64,000 nt of DNA from Enoplolaimus lenunculus (GCA_030248215.1 JASANG010001128.1:248001-312000), one strand, 5' to 3'. Numbered from the stretch's first letter, positions 26,617 through 45,859 are shown. A program made the numbers and translations. The notes: generated by a model not told the origin, from the letters alone.

Positions 26617-27853
26617 GAACCTTTTTTAGCCTAGCAAATAAAGCTGCATACTGGTATCCAGCTCAACACGCTATGGATAAGGTTGAAGGTGCGCATGGAA
26701 GGATTTCAGATGACTCAAATTAAAGTCCGACAATCAAACAATATGCATAAACTTTAATCCAGAAAAAAATAACGGGCATGGCGATTGTAAAACGCGTCGG
26801 AGCAAATCGGTTCTGTTTAAAAGAAGAGTATAAAAAGTATGCTGAATCCAGCTATTAACATGTGGTGAATTGAAAATAAACAATCCGTAACCGAAGAAAA
26901 CAACGATTTGAATTTTCACGCCAAATTTTAAATTTTCGCGCCACAATTTAAATTTACCGCCAAAATTTCAATTTTCCCGCCAAAAATATAATTTTCCCGC
27001 CAAATTTTACATTTTCCTGCTAAAATTTAAATTCCCGCCATATTATTAGTGTTGTTATTCATATTGTCTCGTCACATCATAAGATACTAACGGCACATGT
27101 CTATTAGTATCATATGATATTCCAGCATACGCAAACCTAGTTATGCAACTGACTCTAGTACACATTTTTAAAATGATCATATGATATTAACAGACAATTT
27201 GGGCATATCATATAATATAGAAAGACAAAACGTGACCGATACGTGATTTAAGCAGACAACCACTGGTTTTAGAATATCATATTCGGTTACATCGCAGACA
27301 AAATGTTACCAATATAGAACTTGACCCAGCTGCACCATTTATGACGTGAACCCCGCATTACACAGGTCACTACAGAACAACTAGTGATGGGTATTGGATA
27401 TTTTGTCATATCCGGATATCCGGCAATTCCTGCCAGATATTTATCCGGATATCCGGCTATGCAAATTTAGATTTTCTATCTCGGACATGAGAGACTCGAT
27501 TTTGCGTTTTTGGGTTTCCGAACCCCAATATTACGATGTCGCTCAAACAAAATACGCTGTAGGCTTGCCAGAAATGTTTATAAATTATAATATATATTTA
27601 CAGTGTACTATGCATAAATACAAAGGAATAAATAGCAATAGTTTACTGAATACATAAAACTGTTCCGACGACTATCAAATGCCCAAAAAACGCATTGCGA
27701 ATAGTACCATCTATCAATATCCCTCAATCTTATTTGCGCAGATTTCACCTAAATAGATATTTCAAACTTTGAAAATCAACTTACGACGTCTACATTTTAA
27801 TCTAACCTTAGCCTAAAGCATTGATGAACTGTTCTGCCGGCTCCTGTGAATAG

Positions 27854-35145
<7,292 letters not shown>

Positions 35146-35759
35146 TGTTACGCATGTAAAGGCACCATAATAATATTATGTTAATTAAAACAAAACTTCA
35201 ACATAATAAAAAGTGAAAATATCAATCAACATTTTAAAGAAAAAACGGCAAAACACTTAAAATTTGGATACTTTAAAACACGACAGAAGTTATTGGCTTA
35301 ATACTTCAACCTATCTTGCGCCTGTTTTCGCCGCTTAATTAATGGTCTGAAGTTGCCGACCTACTATACCAATGTGTATAAGGATATCTCAAATCCTGTA
35401 AGTTCAACTAGTGCTAGCTATACAATTTCAATTGAGAAGATCTTTTGAACAAAAAGTTCGGAATTAAACGATTGCAAAGGCCGTCAAATAATCTCAGGCG
35501 GTCAAAAACATACCTCGTTGCTATGCTCTCACGAAAAATATTTCAGAATAAATTCTTTTTTCCAGGTATGATATCCTGGTTTTAACGCTCGTGGAAATAC
35601 ATGTGTAAAATAAAAAACGCCTACAATCTAATCATTCTCTATTGCAGTCGTGTGTAGAGAACCAGTCGGCGCTGAGGCTCTGGATGCGGTGCCGACAAAA
35701 TTTTTTGACCTAAGATTTCAGTATTTTACATTACCGGTGGGACAAGATATATGTCTTGA

Positions 35760-36280
35760 TGATTGATACTAATCATACACATAGACTTGAGCGAGTCGAG
35801 ACACGTCGGGGTCCTATTGATAAACCAGTATGCATAATTGACTATAATAAAAACATGGGCGGCATTGGTAAAATGGACCAAATGACATCATACTATCCTT
35901 CAGCAAGGAAAGGAATACAATGGTACAGAAAACTTTTTATTTTGATATCCTTGATATCACGATCAATAATGCTTTCATCCTGTTCAAACGGTTAAAGCAA
36001 AACAGTCGGATGACGCTTTTGGACTTCAAAATGGCTCTTGTTAAAATATTTGTAACGGTAGACAGTATCTAGAAACTACTGGGTCATTTTCAAAGGGTAC
36101 TGTTCGAAGCGGTGGTCACTTCCCTTGTTTGAATGAAGAAGGAAAAGATGGCCATCCGAAAGGAAGGGATGTGTCTGGTGCAAAATGAAGTGCAAAAGCG
36201 TTCAACCCAAAGGAAAACGCCGCCGAAAAGAGACAATTTATCATTGCGGAGATTGAGTTAGACAACCTGTTTGTGAGTAA
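35760..36280 (+). pseudogene. piggyBac transposase C-terminal remnant (frameshifted)
   Basis: KPVCIIDYNKNMGGIGKMDQMTSYY..RKGIQWYRKLF, then out-of-frame LDI..NAFILF, GHFP and the Cys-rich tail CVWC..RKETIYHC..PVC. It is cut off at the TIR-like end at 36281. Confidence 0.8.
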
Positions 36281-36908
36281 TGGGTCATCCACGTTAAAAT
36301 GCACGCACATTTGTAAAAAATGTCCCCCCCTTTTGGGTGCCCACGTTGTCCCTAACCACTCTCTTTATACACTGTCTGAGATGTCAATATGTCATCGTCT
36401 GAACCTTTAGACAATGAATATGCTCTAGGCCTAAATATGTACTTGTCCAGACATCATTATCGGGAAATGTTATTGTCCATAGTCCCTCAGAAGGGACTCG
36501 ATTTTTTGAGTTGAATGATGTGCATGAATATGTGTGCACAGCGTGTCTTTTTAAATGTGTGCGCGTGTGCTAACGTAATGCCCTGAGACATCCTACAGAC
36601 AACATGTATTTGTCCAGAGTCCCTTCCGACAGAGTCTAGACAATTAACACAGTAGAGGAAAAATAGGGGTTCTGGCACACTTTTGCACTAGTTGGCACCA
36701 TGTCAGCCCAAGTTGGCACAGTTCCAACTAGTGCAATTGAAAGGTCAAATTTTGGTAAATTTTGCGTAAGTGGGACAAGCAAGTTCCACTTGCGTAAAAT
36801 TTGAAAGGTCAAATACGCTATAAAACAGTCTTCGTTTAAATGTACAAGTATAAAAAGGCTGACATTCGTAACATCTATTCAGTTTTCAAATTTTTGTTTA
36901 AAGGACGC

Positions 36909-37665
36909 ATGGATTCATCAGAGCTCAAGCTAGCTAAACCACCCTTTGCACCACTGGAACGCTATGTCGTCAGTGGTGATGACAACTCTACCGTGCTTGT
37001 GTTATTTAACAGCGGTTGGAGTTGTCTGTCAAATTTTCGGGCATCACCAATGAAAATCAATGGCGTAAAGTACCGAAGTGTGCAGCAGTACCTAGAAGCG
37101 CAAAAGGCATTGTTTATTGGGCGGGCTGATTTGTACAACGTAATAATACAAACGTTCTCTCCCAGAAAATGTTTCGATATAATGCAAACAGTAAAAGACG
37201 TTGTTCCTGAAGCGTGGAACAAAAAAGTACCAACCTATTTAAAAATTGCGCTGACAGCAAAATTTCAGCAGCATGCCGAGATGCGGAAAACTTTGTTAGA
37301 CACCAAACAAGCGCTACTAGTGTTCGCAACCTCTTTCGACGATTATCTTGGCAACGGATTAGATATGATGGATCCGCAATCTGCGTTTCCAAAAAAGTAA
37401 GTAAAATTTACACAAAGCGGATTATCAAAAATGCGAAAAACTTACTGCGCGCCTGTATGTGTTGCTGTAAATTCATTGTTTGCATGAACGCAATTCCCTG
37501 ATTTACTAATGTTAACGTTTGTTTCAGTATCCTGGGCACAATCTGCTTGGCGTGCTTCTAATGGAACTACGAGAGCAATTTGTGAAAAAGACAGTCAAGG
37601 TCGAAGATGACAAATCTGTCAGACCAGAACAAGCTGAGTTGCCATCAGATTCAGAATTCGTATAA
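36909..37665 (+). CDS. NADAR (YbiA/DUF1768) family protein, two exons (36909-37396, 37528-37665); the splice is 1 nt out of phase, so possibly a pseudogene or a homopolymer error
   Basis: LSNF..PMKINGVKYRSVQQY..QKALF, AKFQQH..MRKTLLDT and DDYLGNGL, then after GTAAGT...TTTCAG the conserved tail YPGHNLLGVLLMELR. Confidence 0.8.
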
Positions 37666-37730
37666 AATATAAATGCTGCACAAAATCAAACTCATTGTTT
37701 TTAATATGTTATTTATTGTGCTTAATACAA

Positions 37731-38684
37731 ATGAAAGTTTCGAATAAATTAATTAGTATACTTGAGTCTATTTATTACAATCCTAGTTTGCCAGCATCGT
37801 TCACGAACGCGAACAAGCTCTGGCTATCCGCACGAAAGCAGTTACCGTTGCTTAAGTTTTCTGAAGTAAAACATTGGCTAGCAGCGCAAGTTGTGCACCA
37901 GTTGCACAAAAGAAAATCTCGTCGCCATGCCACTACAACGATTAAAGTTGAGCGACCTAATCAACAATGGGACGTAGACTTGGTGTTTGTTCGAAAAGCT
38001 AAGCGTTACAATAATAATTACCAGTATATCTTAATTACAGTAGATCTTTTCGGTAGAAAAGCGTTTGTTGAACCGTTAAAAAATAAGTATTCAAAAACTG
38101 TTGCCGATGCTTTCGTAACGATCCTAAAGCGTTCGGCCGAGGTTCCTAAAGTTATTCGCTCAGATTACGGAACAGAATTCAAAGCCACATTTGAAGCGCT
38201 TCTAAAGTCACGTGACATCAAACATTTCTATGCTAACAATGCATACAAAGCTAACTATGCAGAGCGCTTTATTAGAACTTTACGCGGCAAAATTTTAAAG
38301 TATCTAACTCACACCAGTAAACTGCGTTATATTGATGCTCTGCAAAAATTAGTTCAATCATACAACGACACCGTGCACCGCAGCATAGGAACAACGCTTA
38401 ACGAAGCTGCTAAATGTAAGCTTCCTAAAATTAAGCCTAGTAAAACTGTACATAACACCAAACCTAAGTTTGTCTTCGAGTTGGGAGATTATGTAAGAAT
38501 TGCATTGGGCAAAGGTACATTCAAAAAATCAACAGAACAGTCCGATGAATTGTATGAAGTTGTTCAACGCCGAATGGAATATCCGCCAACCTACAGACTG
38601 CAGGATATGCTCGGAGAACCTCTTACAGGTGCTTATTATGCAGCTGAGCTAAAAAAGGTTCCAAGTGTCATCAAAACAAAATAA
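37731..38684 (+). CDS. Maverick/Polinton-type retroviral-like (rve) integrase, intact ORF
   Basis: N-terminal IYYNP...WL..Q..HQLH, catalytic WDVDL, RSDYGTEF and AERFIRTL (D-D-E), YNDTVHRSIG, FELGDYVRI and YRLQD..GE...G.YY..EL. Confidence 0.9.
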   Translation: MKVSNKLISILESIYYNPSLPASFTNANKLWLSARKQLPLLKFSEVKHWLAAQVVHQLHKRKSRRHATTTIKVERPNQQWDVDLVFVRKAKRYNNNYQYILITVDLFGRKAFVEPLKNKYSKTVADAFVTILKRSAEVPKVIRSDYGTEFKATFEALLKSRDIKHFYANNAYKANYAERFIRTLRGKILKYLTHTSKLRYIDALQKLVQSYNDTVHRSIGTTLNEAAKCKLPKIKPSKTVHNTKPKFVFELGDYVRIALGKGTFKKSTEQSDELYEVVQRRMEYPPTYRLQDMLGEPLTGAYYAAELKKVPSVIKTK

Positions 38685-38803
38685 TGTTTGCGTGAGTCAG
38701 CATGTGACTAACGTAAACCTATAAAAGGTGGCGACCATACGCAAAACCATCATTTTATTGTTTTCTGGAAAACAAACTGTGTGTGTATTTATCAACTAAT
38801 GAA

Positions 38804-41310
38804 ATGGCTTGTGGCAGCAATTTTCAACAATTACGTTTTTCGGACCAGGAAATTTTAACAGAAATACAACGACTTATGTATGCAAATTGTTGGGGCTGCA
38901 GTAGCGACAACCCAATGGTGCGTCGCTACGGTTCCGCACACAAGAACGGATGCGAAATGGACAAGCGCGACATGATTGACTTGTTCTTTTGCGTCGTCCA
39001 CTTTATTTTGCGTATGGCCTGTGGTTTTTGCCATAGTCAATTGACGCTTGCCGTCAACTATTGAAAAATAGCAAATAGTGCTACTATTTTTTCGTTAAAT
39101 TTTTAATTTTTAAATATTCATTGACGACTGCTGTCAGCTTAGTAAACAGTGACCGTTGTTAGTTCCTAGCAATTTATAGCGAACGTCTACAGCTCTTAAA
39201 TCAACAATACAGTAGTTGTCAATTGAGACAAAGCGAAAAATAGTAGATGTACACGCGAAGGATGCAAACTAACAGGCAGTTGTCTATTGACTCATATATG
39301 AGGATAGTAGCCGTCAATTGAAAAGTTTGTATAAATAGTAGCTGTCTAAGCTTCATATACGAGATGGTAGTAGCTGTCAATCGATTCGAAAAGTAGGAGA
39401 GCAGTTGTCAAGTCTGTTAAAATAAAAAGCAGCCGTATTTCATAGTTTTGCCCAGAGTACACAGTACAAGAATATTGCAGCATGGCCCCAATTTTCGTCT
39501 CTCCCAGCCTAGGAATCTGTATTAAAAAATTGTATAGCATTAACTATTGCGCAAAGTACCTTTACATTCTATACCGCTACCCTAAAAAATCCGCAGTACG
39601 GGAATTGAGAACCCAGGCGATGGGCGGACTATTCTGCCTACGGCAAATTTTGTTTTAAAGTACCTCAGGCTAGATGGCTTAATCATTTTCCACCACTGGT
39701 TGAGCCCAGTTCATTATATTTTTATAGGCCCGATGTGTGTCTCCTCAGAACCCCTCAATGCATGTATACCTAGTCCAGATATTTCGGCTTGCTGCTTCAC
39801 ATTTTGATTTTTTTCGAAGACAAGCTGCATAAAATATTAAAAAATGTTTTAAAAAAACAAAAACATACTTTTTGTATATTAAAATTCAGTTTTCATGGTT
39901 TTTTTATATTAAAAATATATTAGGTGCAAGCAGGAAAAAGAAAAGTTGACACTTTGGGACGAGATATGGCGATTTTGCGGGTCAACAAAATTTTATATTT
40001 TTATATTTTTAAAAAAATTGAGGCACTGTATAGGACAGAATACTATAAGCATATTCCTATGCAAACATAAAAATTGTTTGCTAGGCTGATGTTTTTACGC
40101 TTAGGCTTAATACACTATGCTTCTTTTATAGACGCATATGCTTTTTACGGGCCCACGTTTAGTTTACGCTGTGTTTAGCGAAAGTCTAAACCCACCAGAA
40201 ACCAGGACACCTCTTGGGCCGTACCCCTCTGTTGTCTAAAAAATCGCAATGCCCACATGACAAATTTTTTTTAGAACTTTTTTGTTTTTATATATGCATA
40301 TTTTTATTGGTGAAATATTTTTTAGCATCGATAGCAGCGGTTTTCAAAGGAATTTTTGATTGTGTTTTTGCCCTTCAAAGAACGGCCAACATTTCTGGTG
40401 GGATAGAAAAAGCGTCGCCCACTTTTTGCATTTAGCCTATGGTTTTGCCATCGTTTAATAGTTGGCAAATTTTTATAGGGACGTAGATTTTAGCGTATTC
40501 CTAAGCCTAAGCCTTTCTAAGCATTGGAAAAATGAATTCCTTAGCCTAAGCCTAAGCCTAAGCCTAGAGCGAAAAAATGCAATCTAGAATCTAAACGTAC
40601 TAGTATTTTAGACCCACTGGAATCTTGCAGGTCATGGTTGCCCTCTGCTAGAGAAATTTTACAATTTCAGACGACGAGAAAACAGCGGGTTTGCATTTTG
40701 TGTGTCTACAACATAGACCGCATAGTTGTTTTATATAGAAGCTGTTGGTAAAATTTAACATAGCAACAGTAGTTGCCAACATCATATTTATTTTGAAAGA
40801 GTAGTTGTCAATTGAAAGCCGAAATGTTTTACCGTTGACAACTACTAAACCTATTGAAATACCCCAACTGTCGATATAATGTTATAAATTTGCACCGAAG
40901 CTGTTGGACAAATAGAAAATATAGACGGTAACTGTAAATGCTTATGTTAAGGAGAAGCACGTTGACAGATAGTGGGTTTAATTTTCGACAAAATAAAAAT
41001 TAAATAAATTTTTGCAAAAATCTAAACAGTAGCCGTTGAACAAAAATTAAAACGTTATAGATGTTGTCAATAAGACCATAAAACGAAATCCGGACAGGGC
41101 AAGCGTCAATTGACGATGGCAAAAACCACAGGCCAAACGCAAAATAAAGTGGACGACGCATTTCACGAGGCGGTCGTCAACTTGCACTACAAAGTGTGAA
41201 TGAACATAAATCCGCACGTTCGTCGCATAACAATCAAGCGATTGAAGAAACTGTGGCGCGACGGCGTTACAGACAGCGAAGACACAGATATCGAAGATGA
41301 CGATGATTGA
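38804..41310 (+). pseudogene. Small Cys/His protein of the Maverick cassette, split by a 2.17-kb TIR insertion
   Basis: MACG...CWGC..DNP...H..GC..MIDLFF resumes in frame as HEAVVNL...DSEDTDIEDDDD once 38990-41163 is removed. One internal stop remains. A TATAAAA lies upstream at ~38720. Confidence 0.55.
38990..41160. mobile_element. Non-autonomous TIR element, 2.17 kb, 3-bp TSD (TTT), superfamily uncertain (PIF/Harbinger-like)
   Basis: ~63-bp TIRs TGCGTCGTCCACTTTATTTTGCG...TTGACGCTTGCC / GGCAAGCGTCAA...CGCAAAATAAAGTGGACGACGCA, with many subterminal GTAGYTGTCAA-like repeats. Confidence 0.85.
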
Positions 41311-41580
41311 AATGACAGCTGCTGCAAACACACTGAAAAGAAAAGTGCGAAATCAAACAACAGCAACAACAACAACAACAAGAACAATAACAACAACACC
41401 AACGGTGAAAATATTACAACTGACGATGGTGACGCGACTGTTGAAAAGGAAGAAGAAAACGAGCTGATCATTTCTGAAATTGTTACAGTTAAAAAATAGA
41501 CTGGGCAAAGAGTATATATGTGCACATCGCATTTATGATCGAATGTATTTTTAATTGTTGCTTGGTTATTTTAATAAATT

Positions 41581-42419
41581 ATGCAGCATTACGACAGCGA
41601 TAGCTTTTATGTTACTTTGCTAAGCAACGCCTCATCTGATGAATATCCAAACAACACGCACAGCTGTTTTATCAATAGCTTAGTCACTCCGTTACATTTA
41701 GACAGAACTCGCTGGGAAGTTGGGCTTTGCGAGATAGTTTACCCAGAACACATTTTAAACATTTCACCGAAAACTAATAGCAACGACCACGCGATTGACG
41801 ACAGCGACAACTTTTACCCGTCCCGTTATTCGTATAAGCACTTGATGCGGGCGGCGATGTTGCATGGTTTCTAGAAACATTACCAGCAGCGCATTATGCT
41901 CACACGAACAGTCTAATATCAAGTATTAATCATAACATTTCGGAAAACGGGCGCAAAACTTTACAATTTAACTACGACCATAATGAGGATAAAATTGAAC
42001 TGAAACCAGTGCAAAAGGGTAAACTGTCTTGGGTTGAATTTTCAAAAGCCGATGCTCAATTGCTTGGCTTCGAACCAAACACAACCTACGTTGTGAAACC
42101 ACTGGGAATTACAGCCCCAAACCGTGTTGATTTAATGGCAGGAGTGTCAACACTTTGTCTACTCAGACCTTTGCAAAGCACAGCTAGTCGGGCATACTGA
42201 ACAACCATTACTACGAATAATTTCGCGACACGATATAGTAAGACCAAAATCGGCAACTGTGCAGACAACACGAATTTTTTCGCGTCCCCACTATATGCCG
42301 CTTGAACGCAACTTGATCACAAGCATAAAATTATATATAAAACGGAACGCAACGTGTACGTTCAATTTGAGAATTGTGGTTGCGTTATTGCAAAGTTACA
42401 TTTTCGACGCACTGATTAA
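41581..42419 (+). pseudogene. Maverick minor capsid (penton-like, PX) gene, frameshifted
   Basis: FYVTLLSNAS..YPNNT..F...L..PLHL..WEVGLCEI.YP, later LLGF, VYSDL...LVG....PLLRII, PHYMPL and a terminal LHFRR. Confidence 0.8.
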
Positions 42420-42422
42420 ACA

Positions 42423-42912
42423 ATGCGAATAATGACACACTTGCCGTTTGTGATTTCCCAACGCGGTTTTGGATTGGGTTCAGCATTTGCAACGCTAGCA
42501 CGAGTGGCAACTCCTGCTGCTGCAAAATACCTTGCGCCTCACGTTCTTCGGGGAGTTTCAGAAACGGTAGCATCTCAGATTCAAGCGAAACAACAACGCG
42601 GCAACGAGGTGCCAACTCAGCTAAACGTGCGTTCTGCATCGTAGCTGCAAAAACCAATAAGCGATAAGCCATCACCACAATTAAAAACCGACATAGCAGC
42701 TAGTGTTGGCAACGGGTGGTGGCCGTAATAAACAAAAATCGCGGCTTGCCGCGCAAGCCGATGCTCGCCGCGGCAATTTAAAATCATCGAAAATTACAAC
42801 AGCAAAAAGGGCAAAATCTCGCAGCAGCAGCAGCAGCAGCCGCCGCAGCAAATCACGGGGTAGCATTGGAAAACGGCGACGTCAAATTCTTGCATCAGAT
42901 ATCTTTGGCTAA
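42423..42912 (+). pseudogene. Maverick PZ-like (core/lytic) protein gene, disrupted
   Basis: A QRGFGLGS.F..LAR...P amphipathic segment, then GGG and a Lys/Arg-rich tail ending DIFG. It lies between the minor and major capsid genes. Confidence 0.6.
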
Positions 42913-42981
42913 CTGAAACGTATATAAGCAATTGTTAATTTACGTATACAGATTTGTACAGTTACTGTTGCTAAAAACACA

Positions 42982-44150
42982 ATGTCAACAAATAAACCGA
43001 TAAAACTAACCAAACGCAAGAGAAAGCGTATTGACGGCAGTGGCACCACTATCAGCAACAATACGTCGTCAGCGGCTGCATTCAAGAATGAATTAGACCT
43101 TTTTTCGGACAAACTGATTCAAAATTCAATTATTGACAGTACGTGGAGCGACATTCGCCCATCCAACACTGTCAACGATGTCACTGCAATGAACTTTTTG
43201 ATTGCAGGCAACGAAGAAGAGTTTCTAGATCCAGTGTTTTACTTGAAAATCACAGCACGCATCATGTCTGCAAGTGGGAAACCGCTACCTGCAAATTCAG
43301 AGGTTGCACTAGTTAATTTATTTGGGCATGCAATCTTTAAGCGAATTGATGTTAAATTGCAAGACAAAATCATATCGACCTCGTCGGATAATTAGGCCTA
43401 CAGGGCGTACATTGAACGTCTTTTAAACTTTGGCAGAGAACCTAAACGAAATCAGCTTGCCGCTGAATGCTACTACAAAGATTCAAAACAAAACAGTGGT
43501 TACGAAACTCGGCGATTGCTTGTGGCTGGAAGCCGAAAATTTGTTATGTTTGTGCGACTATCTACCGACCTGGCAACACAACCACGTCTAATGATCAACG
43601 GAATAGATTTGAACGTATCATTGCATCAAACACCGAACGCATTTCGATTAATGTACGCCACAACAACACAAGAACCAATCGTTGAACTGCACGACGTAAC
43701 GCTATTTGTGCGTCGTGTGCGCCTTGCACTACCGATGGCGACTGCGATTGCAACTCTGCTACGAATTGAGCCAGCAAAATTTCCAGTTTCGCGAGTTGTT
43801 GTCAAAGAATTTCAAATATCTGCAGGACGTACGTTGATTAATCGGGAAAACATTTCACGAGGAGCGTTGCCGCGTTCGGTTGTTGTTGGCATGGTCGAAA
43901 GCGATGCATTGACAGGGTCAAGCCTAAAATCACCGTTTAATTTTGTTTCAAAGCGAGCTAGCTTTATATGTTTGTATCGCGAAAGTGAAATGATTCCCGC
44001 TGTTCCGTTTGCACCTCGGTGGGAAGACAACGATGCAGTGCGTGAATACTTAAGTCTGTTGAGCGTAGCTGGAAATTTCGGTTCAGACTTTGACAACGGC
44101 ATTTCTTACCTGGAGTACCTACGCGGTGGCTATGTTCTGTATGGGTTTGA
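42982..44150 (+). pseudogene. Maverick major capsid (double jelly-roll, PY) gene with an in-frame stop (43393-43395), a frameshift near 43500 and a 3' truncation
   Basis: ELDLF...QNSI, VNLFGHAIF, AYRAYIERLLN, LPRSVVVGMV, GS..KSPFNF and GY.LYGF. The expected C-terminal portion is replaced by the tandem array. Confidence 0.85.
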
Positions 44151-44339
44151 ACATCAAAAGTTTTAACTGCGTTAAAAACTACATATATTTTTACCTTACT
44201 ATTAATCCCTTGCACATTTAATGTAGTCCGTGTAAGTCTACTAGTCTGCATGGGAAATCGCACATTAACCTACTCCATTCTTTGTCGTTTAACTGCATGG
44301 GAAGGTGCGTACACTGTTTCGCTCGTTGAGTTTCCGTAC

Positions 44340-45828
44340 AACATCGACTTAAATGTGTCAATAAATCTTCAAATAAATTTCGTCCCTTCCAATACTGTCG
44401 ATAATTAGCTTTAGGATCATGTGTTTTAAGACCCATTCCCCATATGACATCCTTCGGATTACATTCAACCAATCTAGTACCACTAGTGTCAAACAATTTC
44501 TGTTTTAGCTCCACATTGTGAGAAAATTTCGCAAAATTTGCTTTCCACAACCACATCCACGCTTTTGTTCCAAATGACTTTTGATTCTGGCCACACGCTT
44601 TGCTGAGCAACACGCTTTACATCAACTGGGTCCTTCATTGCGTATAACCGTTCGCCTAGCGACTCCTCTCCCATATACAAAGCCCTTGATACAAACAAAT
44701 AATGCTGTACTTACCCATTTCCGACCGTCTTACACAAACTCACACTGATAATGATTTGAGAATTCGTTGTTTCGAGTAAAAAATTGTGTATAACGGTTGT
44801 ATTGGGTGTCCAGTTGCTGATCATTACTCAATGATGGCATCAGAACAGGACAGATTTCGTATTTTGATATATCTTCGCTGTCCCTATAGATTAAATGTTC
44901 GTTTGGGTTACTCGTTTCTACAGCATTTTCTGGCAACATTAACCCTGCTTCGACTTGAGCTACCATATCATTAGACTCACATTGCCCATGTTCGACAGTT
45001 GCACCTGCTGTATCTTGCGTCAGCTTATTATTTAGCATATTCTCTACATTTATATCATTATTTTCATCACAAGCAAAGCCGCCTGCCGGCTCAACTATGC
45101 CACCAGCCACTTCGGCATGCGAACGAGGTGTTTTTGTTTTTGATACGTAGAAACTTACGTCGATAGAATAATATTACAGTCCAAGGCTCGATGACCGAAT
45201 TTCCAGCACCTGTGACAACAAATTTGGCTTCCCCTCCACCAAATTTGTATTTTGCGCCTTAACTATTTTCATTTGATTTATACCACATAAATCCTGGAAA
45301 TTCCTTGACTGGTTCAACTTTAACTGAACGTGACCCATTAAAAATAGGCGATTGTGGATATTTGCAAATTCGAATATCCGATACTAATTTACACCCATTG
45401 TCCTCTAGTGTTTTTTGCAAAATTAAATTACTGTCCAATAAAGGTATTTCATGTATATAAATCACCCGGGTTTTTGGCCTTGGAATACCGCTTTCCGGAT
45501 GCGGAAGCTCTAGTTCAAACATCATATTGTCTATCACTAACTTTACATTAATCGCATTTGTCCGCTGTTCATTTGAAAAATATACCAGCTGTAACATACC
45601 CCGTAAAAAGTCCGCTGCATACGGAAGCAAATCCGGAGAATTGTCAGCTGCTAACTTTGCCATTATAGCGTTCTTAGTCCAGTGTTCCATGTCCGATCCG
45701 CGTAAATTTGCAAAGGCCGTGCGTGCTATCGTTTCAGACTGCTTTGTCGTTGTCATAAACTTTTGACTTGTAATACCGTTGTCCACACTGTCTGTGTCCG
45801 CTGCTGCGTCCTCCTTTTACTCATCCAT
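44340..45828 (-). pseudogene. LINE ORF1-NADAR fusion, copy 1 (frameshifted)
   Basis: RVIYIHEIP..SN..L...L...G.K.VS.IR..PIFNGSRSV.V..FPGF, then IWWRG..CHRCWKFGHRALDC (45176-45217), SHAEVAG, and FSNHY..HY..RA..KFSHN.ELKQKLFDT..RLVECNPKDVIWGMG..WKGRNL. Confidence 0.8.
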
Positions 45829-45859
45829 TTGGCCAACTGGCCCAAAAAACGATTAACGT

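Larger units (their letters stand above)
36281..44150 (+). mobile_element. Decayed Maverick/Polinton (adintovirus-like) gene cassette; pPolB, packaging ATPase and protease not seen; boundaries uncertain
   Basis: Co-oriented integrase, minor capsid, PZ-like and major capsid genes in Maverick-like order. Confidence 0.82.

Noticed and set aside
38991..41159. The inverted repeat as the Maverick's own TIRs
   Set aside because: It lies between the integrase and capsid genes, splits an ORF and has a 3-bp TSD, so it is a secondary insertion.
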